From Bacillota bacterium (GTDB taxonomy: Bacteria; Bacillota; Sulfobacillia; Sulfobacillales; Sulfobacillaceae): a stretch of 64,000 bases of DNA. The stretch is taken from the NCBI GenBank assembly GCA_026627385.1, contig JAPNUR010000005.1, positions 94,498 to 158,497 of the forward strand, read 5' to 3'. The notes under the pieces are model-generated. The model was not told the origin of the DNA. It saw only the letters and a list, made by a program, of their open reading frames with translations, and searched no databases. Positions 1 to 8,243 of this stretch are shown in pieces. Numbering within the stretch: the stretch's first letter is position 1; each line of letters starts with the position of its first letter. Made by a program: the position numbers and the translations under genes.

Positions 1-125
1 TGCACGACGTCCTCCGCTAACCGCCCGTCGTTAAGCCGGCGCCGGGCAAGCTGGTAGACCCCCGCGCTATAGACGCGATAAAGAGTATGAAACGCATCCC
101 AGCGGCCTAATTGGACCGCCTTCAT
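1..125 (-). CDS. RNA polymerase sigma factor, ECF/sigma-70 family. Only about the first 41 codons are present; the gene runs off the left edge of the window.
   Basis: Partial ORF not in the ORF track. Reading the reverse complement from ATG (125..123), with GAGGAG 4 nt upstream, gives MKAVQLGRWDAFHTLYRVYSAGVYQLARRRLNDGRLAEDVV. This resembles sigma region 2.1 (F..LY..Y...VY..A.R.L.D...AEDVVQ). Confidence 0.45.
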   Translation of the reverse strand, partial: MKAVQLGRWDAFHTLYRVYSAGVYQLARRRLNDGRLAEDVV

Positions 126-284
126 GATCTCCTCGCGAGCGAACGGCCTGTCGGGCTTGCCGGGCGTGAAGACCGCCTCCTTTTCTCCATTGTACGCCAG
201 AGCCCAGCCCCTGTGTCACCTTTAGTGCTCGTCACGTAAGATAGGGAACGGCTTAGAGACTACTCGAATACCATTCATGACCCT

Positions 285-1358
285 TTGAAAGGAATGAACC
301 ACGTGCGTTGCCGTCTCGCCTTCGACAAAGTAGGTCAACCCCTTCGCCGCACGGCCGACGTGCACAGGCTGTTAGCCACACCCCGGGCTCAGGGCCGTTG
401 CGGCGTCGCCTTTATCGTTCCCGAATCGGCCTCCCGCCTACATCTTGACGTCATGGTGTTTCTCCTGCCGTCTAGTCCCCGGCCGCCCTACACCACGTAC
501 GAGTTCGCCGTCGAAGTGCCGACGGGAAAATCTCTCTGCGCCGTACCGCTGACCCCCTGCCCTCACTATCCTGTGTTCACGGCTCACCTCTCCCTCAGGA
601 TTGTGGCCACCCCCATCCAGGGCCGCCTGGTCGTTGTGGCCCGACGGGGCCGAGACCCCAAGGCGCGTACCATCTTGTTTGATACGCCATGGATATGGCC
701 AACAGTTCGGCCATCGTGTCTTAACGGGGTCGACAACAACCTCGACCTCGGTGCGGCAGCCACTTGCCTTGCGACCAAAGGTTATCGCTTTGTTGGCCGC
801 TACCTTGGCGGTCCCTGTTATCCCGGCGTGGTCCTATCCACCGTAGAGGCCGTCCAATTGAGTCAAGCGGGCTTGGCCATCGTCAGTCTTTATAGCGGCG
901 CCAATGTTGTGCGGGCATTTCGCTGTGGCGTTCAATCGAGTGAGGCCGGCTCCCGCGATGGGCTGAACGCGGTCAACCAAGCCGTCAAACTGAGGCAACC
1001 GCCCCACTCCGCCATCTTTCTTGATCTGCAAGGAAATCAAATTTCACCTCCCGCCGATTGGCTGAATTACATCAAAGGCTGGGTCCAGGCCGTGCAACAA
1101 AATCAATACCAGCCCGGAATCTATTCATCGCCGTCGCAGTTGCTCACCATTGAGGCAGAACCCTGGGCGGGGTCCAGTCTCCTTTATTGGGTCGCTAAAG
1201 AGTATGCTGATACCGAAGTCATTCCACCGCCATGCCCCACCGTGGTGTTGCCCTTCGCAGCAATCTGGCAATACGCCCTGTCTGTCACGGTGTGCGGGTC
1301 ACCGGGCGCTGACATTGATAGCGCGGTCAGTACCGACTTCATGTGGTCCCTAACGTAG
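285..1358 (+). CDS. DUF1906 / Rv2525c-like glycoside-hydrolase-like domain protein with an unassigned N-terminal extension of about 140 aa. The start codon is uncertain.
   Basis: The C-terminal ~210 aa (LDLGAAATCLATKGYRFVGRYLGG...AGLAIVSLYSG...AIFLDLQGN...WLNYIKGWVQAV...YQPGIYSS) match the pattern I associate with DUF1906 TIM-barrel-like domains. The N-terminal part has no recognisable motif. Confidence 0.55.
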   Translation: MKGMNHVRCRLAFDKVGQPLRRTADVHRLLATPRAQGRCGVAFIVPESASRLHLDVMVFLLPSSPRPPYTTYEFAVEVPTGKSLCAVPLTPCPHYPVFTAHLSLRIVATPIQGRLVVVARRGRDPKARTILFDTPWIWPTVRPSCLNGVDNNLDLGAAATCLATKGYRFVGRYLGGPCYPGVVLSTVEAVQLSQAGLAIVSLYSGANVVRAFRCGVQSSEAGSRDGLNAVNQAVKLRQPPHSAIFLDLQGNQISPPADWLNYIKGWVQAVQQNQYQPGIYSSPSQLLTIEAEPWAGSSLLYWVAKEYADTEVIPPPCPTVVLPFAAIWQYALSVTVCGSPGADIDSAVSTDFMWSLT

Positions 1359-3083
1359 TCCGCTATGCGGCGGCCGTGGGTGCTCCATTCGCCGGGCGGC
1401 CCGGCGCCTGAGGCGCCAGGCCTGGGCTAGCGCCACGAGCGCGAGAACCACCCCTGCGCCAACGATGGCAGGGTGGCAAGGCCACCAATAATGGCTGGCC
1501 GCTGCCAAACCCGCCAACCCAAAACCGAGCAGCAAAAAGAACCGGGCTTCGCCGAGGTCGACCAGCCGGTCGAGTCGGCGCATCACAGGGGTCAATTCCG
1601 GAAGAGTGGCCAGTTCCCCCTGGTCCATGAGAGACACGAGGGCGTTAAGGCGGCCCGGCAATTTCAGCCAGGCGCTTACCTCGCGCCATCCAGCGGCCAG
1701 GAGCATTTGTACCGTTGCCGCAGTAGCATCCCCCAGCGCCAGGCCCAACCAATCGCCGACTTGCTGCACCCACGCCGGCCACTCGTCGCGCTGGCGGCGC
1801 TGAATCAGCGGCAGCGCTTCTCTTTGGAGAAAACTCATCCAGTCCAGCTGCGGGTTGAGTTGAGACACTAAGCCAAATAACATACCAATGGCGCGCCCTA
1901 AAAACATATAACGGGCCGGAAATTCCAGGGGCTCGTGATATAAAAAGTCTTGAAATTCGCTCACCGCGCGATCGAGCGCCGGTCCTGGCTTTAACGGCGT
2001 CCCGGCCAGCCGCTCGAGCATAAAGGCTACAGCCCGTTTGACCAACCGCGGTGAAGCCACGGGGCGAATAAACCCCAAGTCCGACAGCGCTTGCACGACC
2101 AACCCTGCATCCTTACGCAAAACACCTTCCGTTAACGCCACCACCGCTTGAAGATCGGAAGCCGGGATTTCGGCCATCATGCCAAAATCCAAAAAAATGA
2201 CACAGCCAGACTGGTCCACAAAAAAATTGCCAGGATGGGGGTCCAGTTGCACAAACCCGTCTAGGGCAATTTGTTTCAAGTAAGCGCGCACCAGCACATC
2301 GCCAATGATGGCCGGCTCGACGCCCATCGCCCGCAGTGCATCCGAATCCGTGACTTTGGCTCCCGACATGTATTCCATCACAAACACGCGCGAACGCGTC
2401 AACTCGGGATAAGGGCGGGGCACGCGCACCTGGGGATCCGACGCAAAGTTCTTGTAAAAGCGTTCAAGATGCTGCACTTCACGATGATAATCTAACTCGT
2501 GGTGAACGAGGTCTTGAAATTCGCGAAAGAGCCGCGTCGCGTTCAATCGCCGCCCGACCCGGGTCCACCGTTCCATCACCCGCATAATGATGGCGAGCGC
2601 GCTCAAATCAATGGTGGCTAACCGTTGAATCTCGGGGCGCTGTACTTTGACTGCCACCCATTGACCATCTTTGAGCTGGCCTCGGTGGACCTGCCCTAAC
2701 GATGCAGCCGCGATGGGGTCAGGATCAATGTGCAAAAAGAGAGCGTCAAGAGGCACGCCCCACTCCTCTTCCATCAGCGCCTTGACCGCAGGCCAGGGCG
2801 CAGGCGGCACCTGATCTTGCAACGCGCTCAATTCCCGTGTAAAGGCTAGCGGCAAGATATCCGTGCGAGCGCTTAAGAATTGGCCGACTTTAATAATGAG
2901 CCCACCTAAGGCAAGCGCGGTAGTGCGAAAGCGAATGGCCCCGTCCCGGTAAATAGCTGCCTCACGCGCGCGAAATGCATCGTCAGAAAGCTGGCGCCTG
3001 GCCGCCGCAAGGCGGCGGCTGTCGCCCCAATAGCTGAGCGCCAGCCGAAAGAGGACCAGAGTGCGCCGAATGCGCGAAGTCAT
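1350..3083 (-). CDS. ABC1/UbiB-family atypical protein kinase with a C-terminal membrane segment
   Basis: 577-aa ORF. ABC1 signatures are present: PIAAASLGQVHRGQLKDGQWVAVKVQRP, FVQLDPHPGNFFVD and IFLDFGMM. The C-terminus has a hydrophobic tail. Confidence 0.85.
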   Translation of the reverse strand: MTSRIRRTLVLFRLALSYWGDSRRLAAARRQLSDDAFRAREAAIYRDGAIRFRTTALALGGLIIKVGQFLSARTDILPLAFTRELSALQDQVPPAPWPAVKALMEEEWGVPLDALFLHIDPDPIAAASLGQVHRGQLKDGQWVAVKVQRPEIQRLATIDLSALAIIMRVMERWTRVGRRLNATRLFREFQDLVHHELDYHREVQHLERFYKNFASDPQVRVPRPYPELTRSRVFVMEYMSGAKVTDSDALRAMGVEPAIIGDVLVRAYLKQIALDGFVQLDPHPGNFFVDQSGCVIFLDFGMMAEIPASDLQAVVALTEGVLRKDAGLVVQALSDLGFIRPVASPRLVKRAVAFMLERLAGTPLKPGPALDRAVSEFQDFLYHEPLEFPARYMFLGRAIGMLFGLVSQLNPQLDWMSFLQREALPLIQRRQRDEWPAWVQQVGDWLGLALGDATAATVQMLLAAGWREVSAWLKLPGRLNALVSLMDQGELATLPELTPVMRRLDRLVDLGEARFFLLLGFGLAGLAAASHYWWPCHPAIVGAGVVLALVALAQAWRLRRRAARRMEHPRPPHSGLR

Positions 3084-3289
3084 TCGCCATCCGCACCGGG
3101 CGAGACATCCTCGTCGCTATCCTGAGACCACACCCGAAAGGCCTCATCAATCTTGGCGCGAAATTTACGTCGTTTCGCTTGCCAGGCCGGATCTGGGTGC
3201 GCAGCGCTCCATCGCCACAAGGACTTCAGCCCCAACAATGCCAGCAGCCAAATGACCCACGGTGTCCGCCGCCGACGCATCCACCACAT
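3080..3289 (-). CDS. Small hypothetical single-pass membrane protein
   Basis: 69-aa ORF with one hydrophobic helix (WVIWLLALLGL) and an acidic tail. Its stop overlaps the start of the downstream ABC1 gene (ATGA-type overlap), suggesting coupling. Confidence 0.35.
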   Translation of the reverse strand: MWWMRRRRTPWVIWLLALLGLKSLWRWSAAHPDPAWQAKRRKFRAKIDEAFRVWSQDSDEDVSPGADGE

Positions 3290-3299
3290 TAGACATCAC

Positions 3300-4130
3300 T
3301 CACCCTTCGTCCCACCGCTTGAGATAGCTCGCTTCGTCTTGTGACCCGTAACCGCGTTGCACATGCTCGCGGTACAACGGCACCGCGAGACGGGCCAAGT
3401 CCGCCGAAAATCCCGTTTCCTCAGCCAACTCTAACGCCAATCGCAGGTCTTTGTAGCGGTGCTCCACCGAAAACCCCGGTTGAAAGTCCTGCCGGCGCAG
3501 CCGATCGAGCACCTTCCCTAACTCAAACGATTGACTCGACCCATTTTGCATCACCAAGGCTACATCCTCAAGCGCCAATCCAGCGGCTAACGCCATGCGT
3601 ACCCCTTCGCTAGCGGCCATGAGCGTCAAACCCGAAACCATGTTAGCAATGAGTTTGAGCGTTTGTCCCTGGCCCACATCACCCACGTGAACAATGAGCC
3701 GACCCATTTCTTGAAGATATGGCAACATCTCCTCGAACCTGTCGCGGGATCCTCCCACCATCATGGTTAACGTCGCCTGCCGAGCCCCAATGTCTCCCCC
3801 GGTCACAGGAGCGTCCAGCCAGGCCGCGCCGCGCGCCGCGACTGCGGCCGCCAGCTGCCGCGTGAGCCGAGGTGAAATGGTGGAATGGTCCACCACCACG
3901 CGACCTGCGACGGCCTCGGACAAAAGACCGCGAGGCCCGGTCACGACCTCATTTACCGCCTCGTCGTTCGCTAGCATTAAAAAGATAACGCGGCACTCGC
4001 GCGCTACCTCCGCCGGGCTTTCGGCAACGCGCACGCGCTCACTGAGAAGAGCCTCAGCCTTCGCTCGGGTTCGGTTGAACACCACAAGATGGTGCTGGCG
4101 AGCCAAGTGCTGCGCCATCGGCGCACCCAT
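3300..4130 (-). CDS. NAD(P)-dependent beta-hydroxyacid dehydrogenase family (3-hydroxyisobutyrate / short 6-phosphogluconate dehydrogenase-like). The true start is probably upstream of the first ATG.
   Basis: The body matches the HIBADH/6PGDH NAD-binding family (VIFLMLAND, DAPVTGG, GQGQTLKLIANM). The same frame continues upstream of the first ATG as ..ERIGFIGLGV-MGAPMA, which is the Rossmann GxGxxG. No ATG, GTG or TTG precedes that motif before the stop at 4179..4181. The gene lies directly downstream of zwf. Confidence 0.8.
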   Translation of the reverse strand: MGAPMAQHLARQHHLVVFNRTRAKAEALLSERVRVAESPAEVARECRVIFLMLANDEAVNEVVTGPRGLLSEAVAGRVVVDHSTISPRLTRQLAAAVAARGAAWLDAPVTGGDIGARQATLTMMVGGSRDRFEEMLPYLQEMGRLIVHVGDVGQGQTLKLIANMVSGLTLMAASEGVRMALAAGLALEDVALVMQNGSSQSFELGKVLDRLRRQDFQPGFSVEHRYKDLRLALELAEETGFSADLARLAVPLYREHVQRGYGSQDEASYLKRWDEG

Positions 4131-4188
4131 GACGCCTAAGCCAATAAATCCTATACGCTCCGTATCTCCTGCACCTCCTCACATCTGA

Positions 4189-5625
4189 TTATGGCGTTTC
4201 GTCCGACTCCCCGATGCGCCGCCACGCCATGTGCGGCTCCATTATCCTCGCTTGGCCGGTAGGCCCTTCGCTCCCGGCCGCATAACCCTCAGGATCACCG
4301 GTTTGCCAGGCCGTAAGTACCGGGTCGACAATGCGCCAGGCCTCTTCCACCTCGTCATATCGCGGAAACGGCGTCCGATCCCCCTGCAATACCGCTAATA
4401 GCAACTGCTCATAGGCGGAATACTCGACTTCATCCTCCCGACGATACGGCGTCGACAAAATACGGCGCCGGGTGGCCAGCGTGAGCCCTGGTTCTTTGGC
4501 CCACACGACCATGTCAATCCGCTCGTCGGGCTTCATGCGAAACACTAACCAATTCGCGAGCCCAGCGCCAAATAGACCACGCGGCACTTCCTTGAGTTCA
4601 ATCGCCACCTCCGCATAGTCCTGACTCAGGCGCTTGCCCGACCGCAAATAAAAGGGCACACCATGCCAGCGCCAATTGTCCACCCATAACTTGAGCGCCG
4701 CAAATGTTTCTATCCGCGAGTCGGGAGCTACATGTGGCTCGTCGCGGTAGGCGGGAACGGCTGCGGTCCCCACAATCCCCTGACGATATTGTCCGCGGCT
4801 CGCATACTGATCGACAGCGTCGGGAGGGATGGGCCGCACGGCGCGCAAGACCTCGGTTTTGTGATTGTGCAAAGTGTCGGCGGCCCACACGGCTGGCGGA
4901 TCCATGGCCACCAAAGTGAACAACTGCATGAGGTGGTTTTGCAGCATGTCTCTCAGGGCGCCAGCTTGTTCGTAATAGCGCCAACGCCCTTCCAGGCCCA
5001 ACGTCTCTGCGTAGGTGATTTGCACCGAACGAATGTGCTCGCGATCCCAAATTGACGCCAAGAACCGGTTGGTAAGGCGAAACACCAACAAGTTCTGAGC
5101 CGTTTCTTTCCCAAGAAAGTGGTCAATGCGGTAAATCTGGGATTCTTGCCAATATTGATGCAACGTATTGCGGAGCATGGCGGCACTGGCCTCGTCGTGC
5201 CCAAAAGGTTTTTCCACTACAAGACGCCTCTCTGTCACCGGCTGCGCCAAGTTGGCCTGCCCTAGCGATTGCGCCGCTTGGCCAAACAATGTGGGAGGCA
5301 GGGCGAGATAAAACACGGCGGGCTTATCGCCGACAATCTCCGCTAGCCCTTCGCATCCGCCCTTGTCTAGTTCCCCTGATTGAAACACGACCAACTCTTG
5401 AAACCGATTCCAGACGCTATCCTCAAATTCGGGGACAAACGCCATTAACCCCTCTTTGACATGGTCGCGGAAGCGCGGCGAATCCCAGGCATCCGGAGCG
5501 TACCCGACCACCTGCCACGACCAGTGTCCAGCTGCATACAGGCGATAAATGGCAGGCATGAGAAGCCGATAGGTCAGATCGCCACTCGCCCCGAGGATTA
5601 CAAACGTCCCTTCTGGCTGTGCCAT
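4189..5625 (-). CDS. zwf: Glucose-6-phosphate 1-dehydrogenase
   Basis: 478 aa. Contains the N-terminal dinucleotide motif ILGASGDLTYRLL, EKPFGHD and the signature RIDHFLGKE. Confidence 0.95.
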   Translation of the reverse strand: MAQPEGTFVILGASGDLTYRLLMPAIYRLYAAGHWSWQVVGYAPDAWDSPRFRDHVKEGLMAFVPEFEDSVWNRFQELVVFQSGELDKGGCEGLAEIVGDKPAVFYLALPPTLFGQAAQSLGQANLAQPVTERRLVVEKPFGHDEASAAMLRNTLHQYWQESQIYRIDHFLGKETAQNLLVFRLTNRFLASIWDREHIRSVQITYAETLGLEGRWRYYEQAGALRDMLQNHLMQLFTLVAMDPPAVWAADTLHNHKTEVLRAVRPIPPDAVDQYASRGQYRQGIVGTAAVPAYRDEPHVAPDSRIETFAALKLWVDNWRWHGVPFYLRSGKRLSQDYAEVAIELKEVPRGLFGAGLANWLVFRMKPDERIDMVVWAKEPGLTLATRRRILSTPYRREDEVEYSAYEQLLLAVLQGDRTPFPRYDEVEEAWRIVDPVLTAWQTGDPEGYAAGSEGPTGQARIMEPHMAWRRIGESDETP

Positions 5626-5996
5626 GCTCTTCCCCTCTTCATCTATTAGACCTTGTCACGCCAGGTTCTATCTTAACCAAAATCTGGCCGCACGTCTTGC
5701 CCGAATCGTGCCTAGGCCTGTTCCTGATTTGACGCGTTAGGGCGGAGGTCGGTTTGCCCGATTGATTTAAAGGCAAGACCCGGCTCTTACCCGCGCGGTG
5801 TTCCGTTTCCCGTGACGATTCCTGCTGAAGTCCCGCGCGCGGTCCTGTCTGACACGGCCGTTCCGCTAAGCGGCGCGCGGGGCAGCGGAGGCGCGAATGA
5901 CAGTCATCCGGCCAAAACAATGGTTAGAGGGAGATTTCTTTATAGGATGTCTCCTCAATTTTCCAAAGCCCCTGGCCACTATCACAACGGGAAGGA

Positions 5997-7085
5997 TTAG
6001 CTTAGCGCCGCGGTGACCAAGACCGCCACCCGATAGCCCGCCGCGTCCACGAGACCCCCTGCTGCTAACCCGCCCACAATGGCCAGGGCACTCATCCCCA
6101 GGCGTTGACCGGCAAAGACTCTGCCCAAGTATCCTTCAGGCGCTGCCAATTGACGCAGTGTACTGAGATTGATAGATAATACGCTTGCCCGACAGTCCCG
6201 CCAAGAACGCGCTGGTCGTCAGGATGCCGATACTCAACCCTGGGCGCAGCCCCGGGGTAATGATCGCCACAGCCCCGAAACCAACCACGTACATAAGACT
6301 CGCGAGGCCGGTAAGAGGACCTGTCACCGGTGCGCCAGAGGGGTGCGCATTAGCGCCCCAAAAAGCCCGCCCATCGCTCCACACATGGTCAAAGCGCCAT
6401 AAACGAGGACGCCAAGCCGTAGATACCGCATCATGTCTAACACATAAACAACCTGCCACATCGCCGCTAAGAGGCTCGGGGCCAAGATGACAATGGTCAT
6501 CGTGCGCGAGAATGAAGTGTCCCAGAGCGCTTTTAATCCCTCCACGATGTCTTTCAAGATGTCCCTACTACTCGCGACTGGGTGGGAAAAGGCGTCGCGC
6601 TCGAAGGGCGCATCCACAATAAGCATCCCATCGCGACTAGGTAGGGCAGCGCGTCAACCACCGAACCAAAAGATCCGCCAGTTCCGGACCGGTCAACGAT
6701 GCGACCTAGGCACTCGCGGACAGCCAACTATTGGCTCTCCTGAGAGACGCGCGGGGCACAAAGTCTGGCAAGAAGGCATGCCAAGCCGCGCCGAACGCGC
6801 TAAGACAGCCCATTAACACGAGTACGGTGTAGATTATTAATGCAATGGACAAACGATGAAGGGGGATCCGTCGATAGCAATAATCGCCAACAGCAGACCA
6901 GCCGTCAAATCCCATAATCCAAGAATCGCGGCAGGTCCGAGCTCCGCGAATGTGGCCCAACCCAATTGGAACGCGGACGCGTGGAGGGACACCACAACAA
7001 TCAGAGGCGAAGCAAATCGACTCACTTCAGAGCCGACGAACGAAAGGGATTTCCCCAGCCAGAATTTCGCGAAATCCCGAGGCAA
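5997..7085 (-). pseudogene. MFS transporter (EntS/MFS_3-like) broken by several frameshifts
   Basis: Minus-strand ORF pieces 6837..7085, 6706..6960, 6324..6626 and 6136..6459, plus a tail to the TAA at 5997..5999, read as consecutive parts of one 12-TM MFS protein. The sequence runs FAKFWLGKSLSFVGSEV.. then ..GDYCYRRIPLHR (=ADR.DRR) then ..AFLPDFVP..L..AN.. then ..GRVFAGQRLGMSALAIVGGL. The pieces sit in different frames. Confidence 0.55.
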
Positions 7086-7111
7086 CAGGTCTTGTTTCTG
7101 AGAAGCTTGCC

Positions 7112-7632
7112 CTATCCGTCAGAATCAAAACGATCTATTGTACGGTAGATCCGTGTACTTGTCGGCCTGTCCCCTCTAAAGCCGGTGCCATATGATTTAA
7201 TGATCCCCGTCGGGCAGAGCACACGTCCCCCGCAGGACACTTGTGTTAAAGACTTCCCGCGGGCCCGACGAGCAAAGACTATCACGTCCGCGCACTCACC
7301 CAATTCGTGCGCGACTTGGGATGGACAATCACCATCGGTCATGTATGCGCAGATTTCGGCAAAAGTAACGGAATCACTCGCGCGCAACCGCTTGCCAGGC
7401 GAATGTCCCGGTACCACGGGCCCAGCCGGGTCTCCCCATCGCGGCTGCGATGCCCGTTGCGGCGGGTGGTCCGCTCGGTGGAGCGCTCATAGCGCTGGGC
7501 GCCGATTGGGACACTCACCTCCGCTGCCATGCGTGGCTGCCAGAACCGTTCTGTCGCCTCCCGCAGACAGTCGACATCCTCGACTTCCGCGTTTCGCCAG
7601 AGGTTGAGCCGTGGCACACGAGGAGTCGTCAT
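7112..7632 (-). pseudogene. IS256-family (Mutator-like) transposase, N-terminal fragment, frameshifted and 3'-truncated
   Basis: ORF 7339..7632 contains GAQRYERSTERTTRRNGHRSRDGETRLGP. Compare the IS256 Tnp block AKEYERTENRQSQRNGYYERSFTTRVGT. The continuation in another frame (7112..7417) reads GHSPGK..FAEICAYMTDG..SQVAHELGEC, corresponding to GHFSP..MLEMYVSGVSTRKVSKIVEELCG. The DDE core is absent. Confidence 0.5.
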
Positions 7633-8158
7633 TCCATTCGGTCCTCCTTAGTGGATTGTTGTCGATTCCAAGGAAACCGAATAGGATGCGGCTTGTCCAG
7701 ACCATTTCTGGCATGCCGCGGTGGGTCGGCGGCCCGTCCCTGCCCCTCGGCTACGCCTTCTGGGCAGGGAACGGCCCCGAATTTACACCAACAAATTGGA
7801 CGCTAACGCTAATACTGTCGATCCTCATCCCACATCAGTCGCAATACCGCGACAGGGCAAAAGCGAATCCTGCATAACTCCGATGTATCCCTCAAATTTT
7901 TTTCTACCACAGTGGTCTCAACACACGCCCTGTTCAGATTGCGCTCGCGAGGGCTTTACTGTACCATCGGGTAACCTCGCTATACCAAGTAGTCGCGCCG
8001 CCGCGCACTCGCCGTGTTCAGCGAGCCGTTGGACAGGATACCAATAGCTCGCAGGTGTTGGGATGCACAATGAAGAGCTAACCGGAACAGGAACGTCGGA
8101 ATGAGATGGCCATTCGACAGCTGATACCTTACCTTCACCTCATTACCTAGCGCGGAGG

Positions 8159-8178
8159 CCCCGTCCTTCAGGGCAGGG
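8159..8178 (+). repeat. Putative left-end subterminal hairpin of the IS200/IS605-type element
   Basis: CCCCGTCC-TTCA-GGGCAGGG. Seven of 8 positions pair (one G-U wobble, one mismatch). It lies about 65 nt upstream of the tnpB start. Confidence 0.35.
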
Positions 8179-8243
8179 AGGAAGCGCGTCAATCGCCGCG
8201 CACGCCGTGGGCGTGATGGCGCATTCTCTGCGCTACTTCTGTT

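Noticed and set aside
4598-5204. Several 70-150-aa ORFs on both strands inside zwf
   Set aside because: They lie entirely within the well-supported zwf reading frame and are GC-driven shadow ORFs.
5700-5900. Cobalamin-riboswitch-like string GGGAAACGGAACACCGCGCGGG on the minus strand upstream of zwf
   Set aside because: It lacks the B12 box (..AGUCAGGA..GACC.GCC) and the CCCGC.ACUGU core. The downstream gene (zwf) is also not a plausible B12-regulated target.
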